Of a DNA stretch of 64,000 nucleotides, positions 63,201-64,000 are shown piece by piece; position 1 is the first letter of the stretch, and every line of letters starts with the position of its first letter. Origin of the DNA: Oopsacas minuta (lineage: Eukaryota > Animalia > Porifera); the NCBI GenBank assembly GCA_024704765.1, contig JAKMXF010000343.1, positions 558,001 through 622,000 on the forward strand. The letters run 5' to 3'. Below the pieces are notes generated by a model that did no database searches, had not been told where the DNA came from, and was given only the letters and a program-made list of their open reading frames with translations. The translations under genes and the position numbers were made by a program.

Positions 63201-64000
63201 AATATTTAATCAATAAAGATTTCGGTATAGCTATATCTAGGTGTCTAGAGTAACTGAGGGACTTGTTTTCGCGAATTTGGGGTTAAATTCCGCAAATTTT
63301 TGATGGCTTAGCTGGTAAGCCCCTCTTAGCCAGGGACTTCGCCGTTGGGGGCACAGGGAGCAATGTCCCCCACCTCCATGGTAAAATCCTTGGTCCTGGA
63401 ACAATGCCCCCTGGCAACTCGTATCCGGTTCAGGCCCAATCCTCCAAGCAGGATAATCACACCTGACATAGAATGATCGTAAAATTGTACTATTTGAGTA
63501 TTATAATATAGATATATTTAGACATAAGTATATGGCATATTTGTTATTGAATTATTTTGTAAGATCAACTCCCTGTGTTGCCGTTTAGAGCAAGTCTGTA
63601 TGTATATTTTGGCATTGGTAAATTTGTTTATTTGTGTTTTGTATTACTGAGTATCCTTAGAGGAGTCACTCTCTAAGCCGGGATGCCAACCTCTCTAAAC
63701 CATAAAGCGGGAGGCCTTTACCATTTTTGCGGGAGGTTGACCAAAAACGCGGGAGTCTCAAAATATGTGCTATTATATTATTCTATTCATTTATAATAGA
63801 ACTATAAAATACTGTTATTTTTTTCTGTTTGGATATCTACGATTATGATACTCCTCTTCATATAGTTTACCTATTAAATTTCTCCCTCATACTCTCATGG
63901 TATACGAGTGTAAGTTAGCAGCGAGCTAACAGCCAGAATCGAGCACAATTTGAATCGTTATAATTCTGTTACCATAGGGTGTAGAGAGGTCCCATATGAT
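60223..64000. repeat. Near-identical inverted duplicate of about 48567..52345
   Basis: The last 40 nt match the reverse complement at about 48567; identical 170-aa ORFs at 49883 and 62174. Confidence 0.95.
60328..62686 (+). pseudogene. Copy D: 5'-truncated receptor (Ig*-Ig-Ig-FN3-TM)
   Basis: Exons 60328..60630 (TAA 60549-51), 60700..60957, 61215..61490, 62055..62686; no upstream signal-peptide or CTL exon on the + strand. Confidence 0.8.

Overview
AT-rich animal (eukaryotic, intron-containing) genomic DNA; no rRNA, tRNA or CRISPR array seen. The species cannot be determined from sequence. The window is a multigene locus of predicted type-I membrane receptors, assembled here by hand from GT-AG splice sites. 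Each gene has a 67-nt signal-peptide exon, a variable number of alternating C-type lectin (CTL) and Ig-like exons, two further Ig-like exons, and a final FN3+TM+tail exon. Every internal exon is phase 1-1. Gene A (-, 676..11930) has at least 7 CTL-Ig modules and runs off the left edge. Gene B (+, 25906..34501) has 3 modules, is intact, and encodes 1095 aa. Gene C (-, 49883..58903) has 4 modules and an in-frame TAA in its last module Ig exon. Copy D (+, 60328..62686) is a 5'-truncated inverted copy of C's 3' half. Paralogous CTL exons share framework and flanking introns but differ in the sugar-binding loop (EPN, EPH, QPD, EPS, QPN). The locus is a patchwork of inverted segmental duplications that also duplicated an intronless Aa_trans (TMEM104-like) transporter. 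It carries mariner, hAT and MULE transposase relics, nested MITEs and a Helitron-like repeat family at many block junctions.
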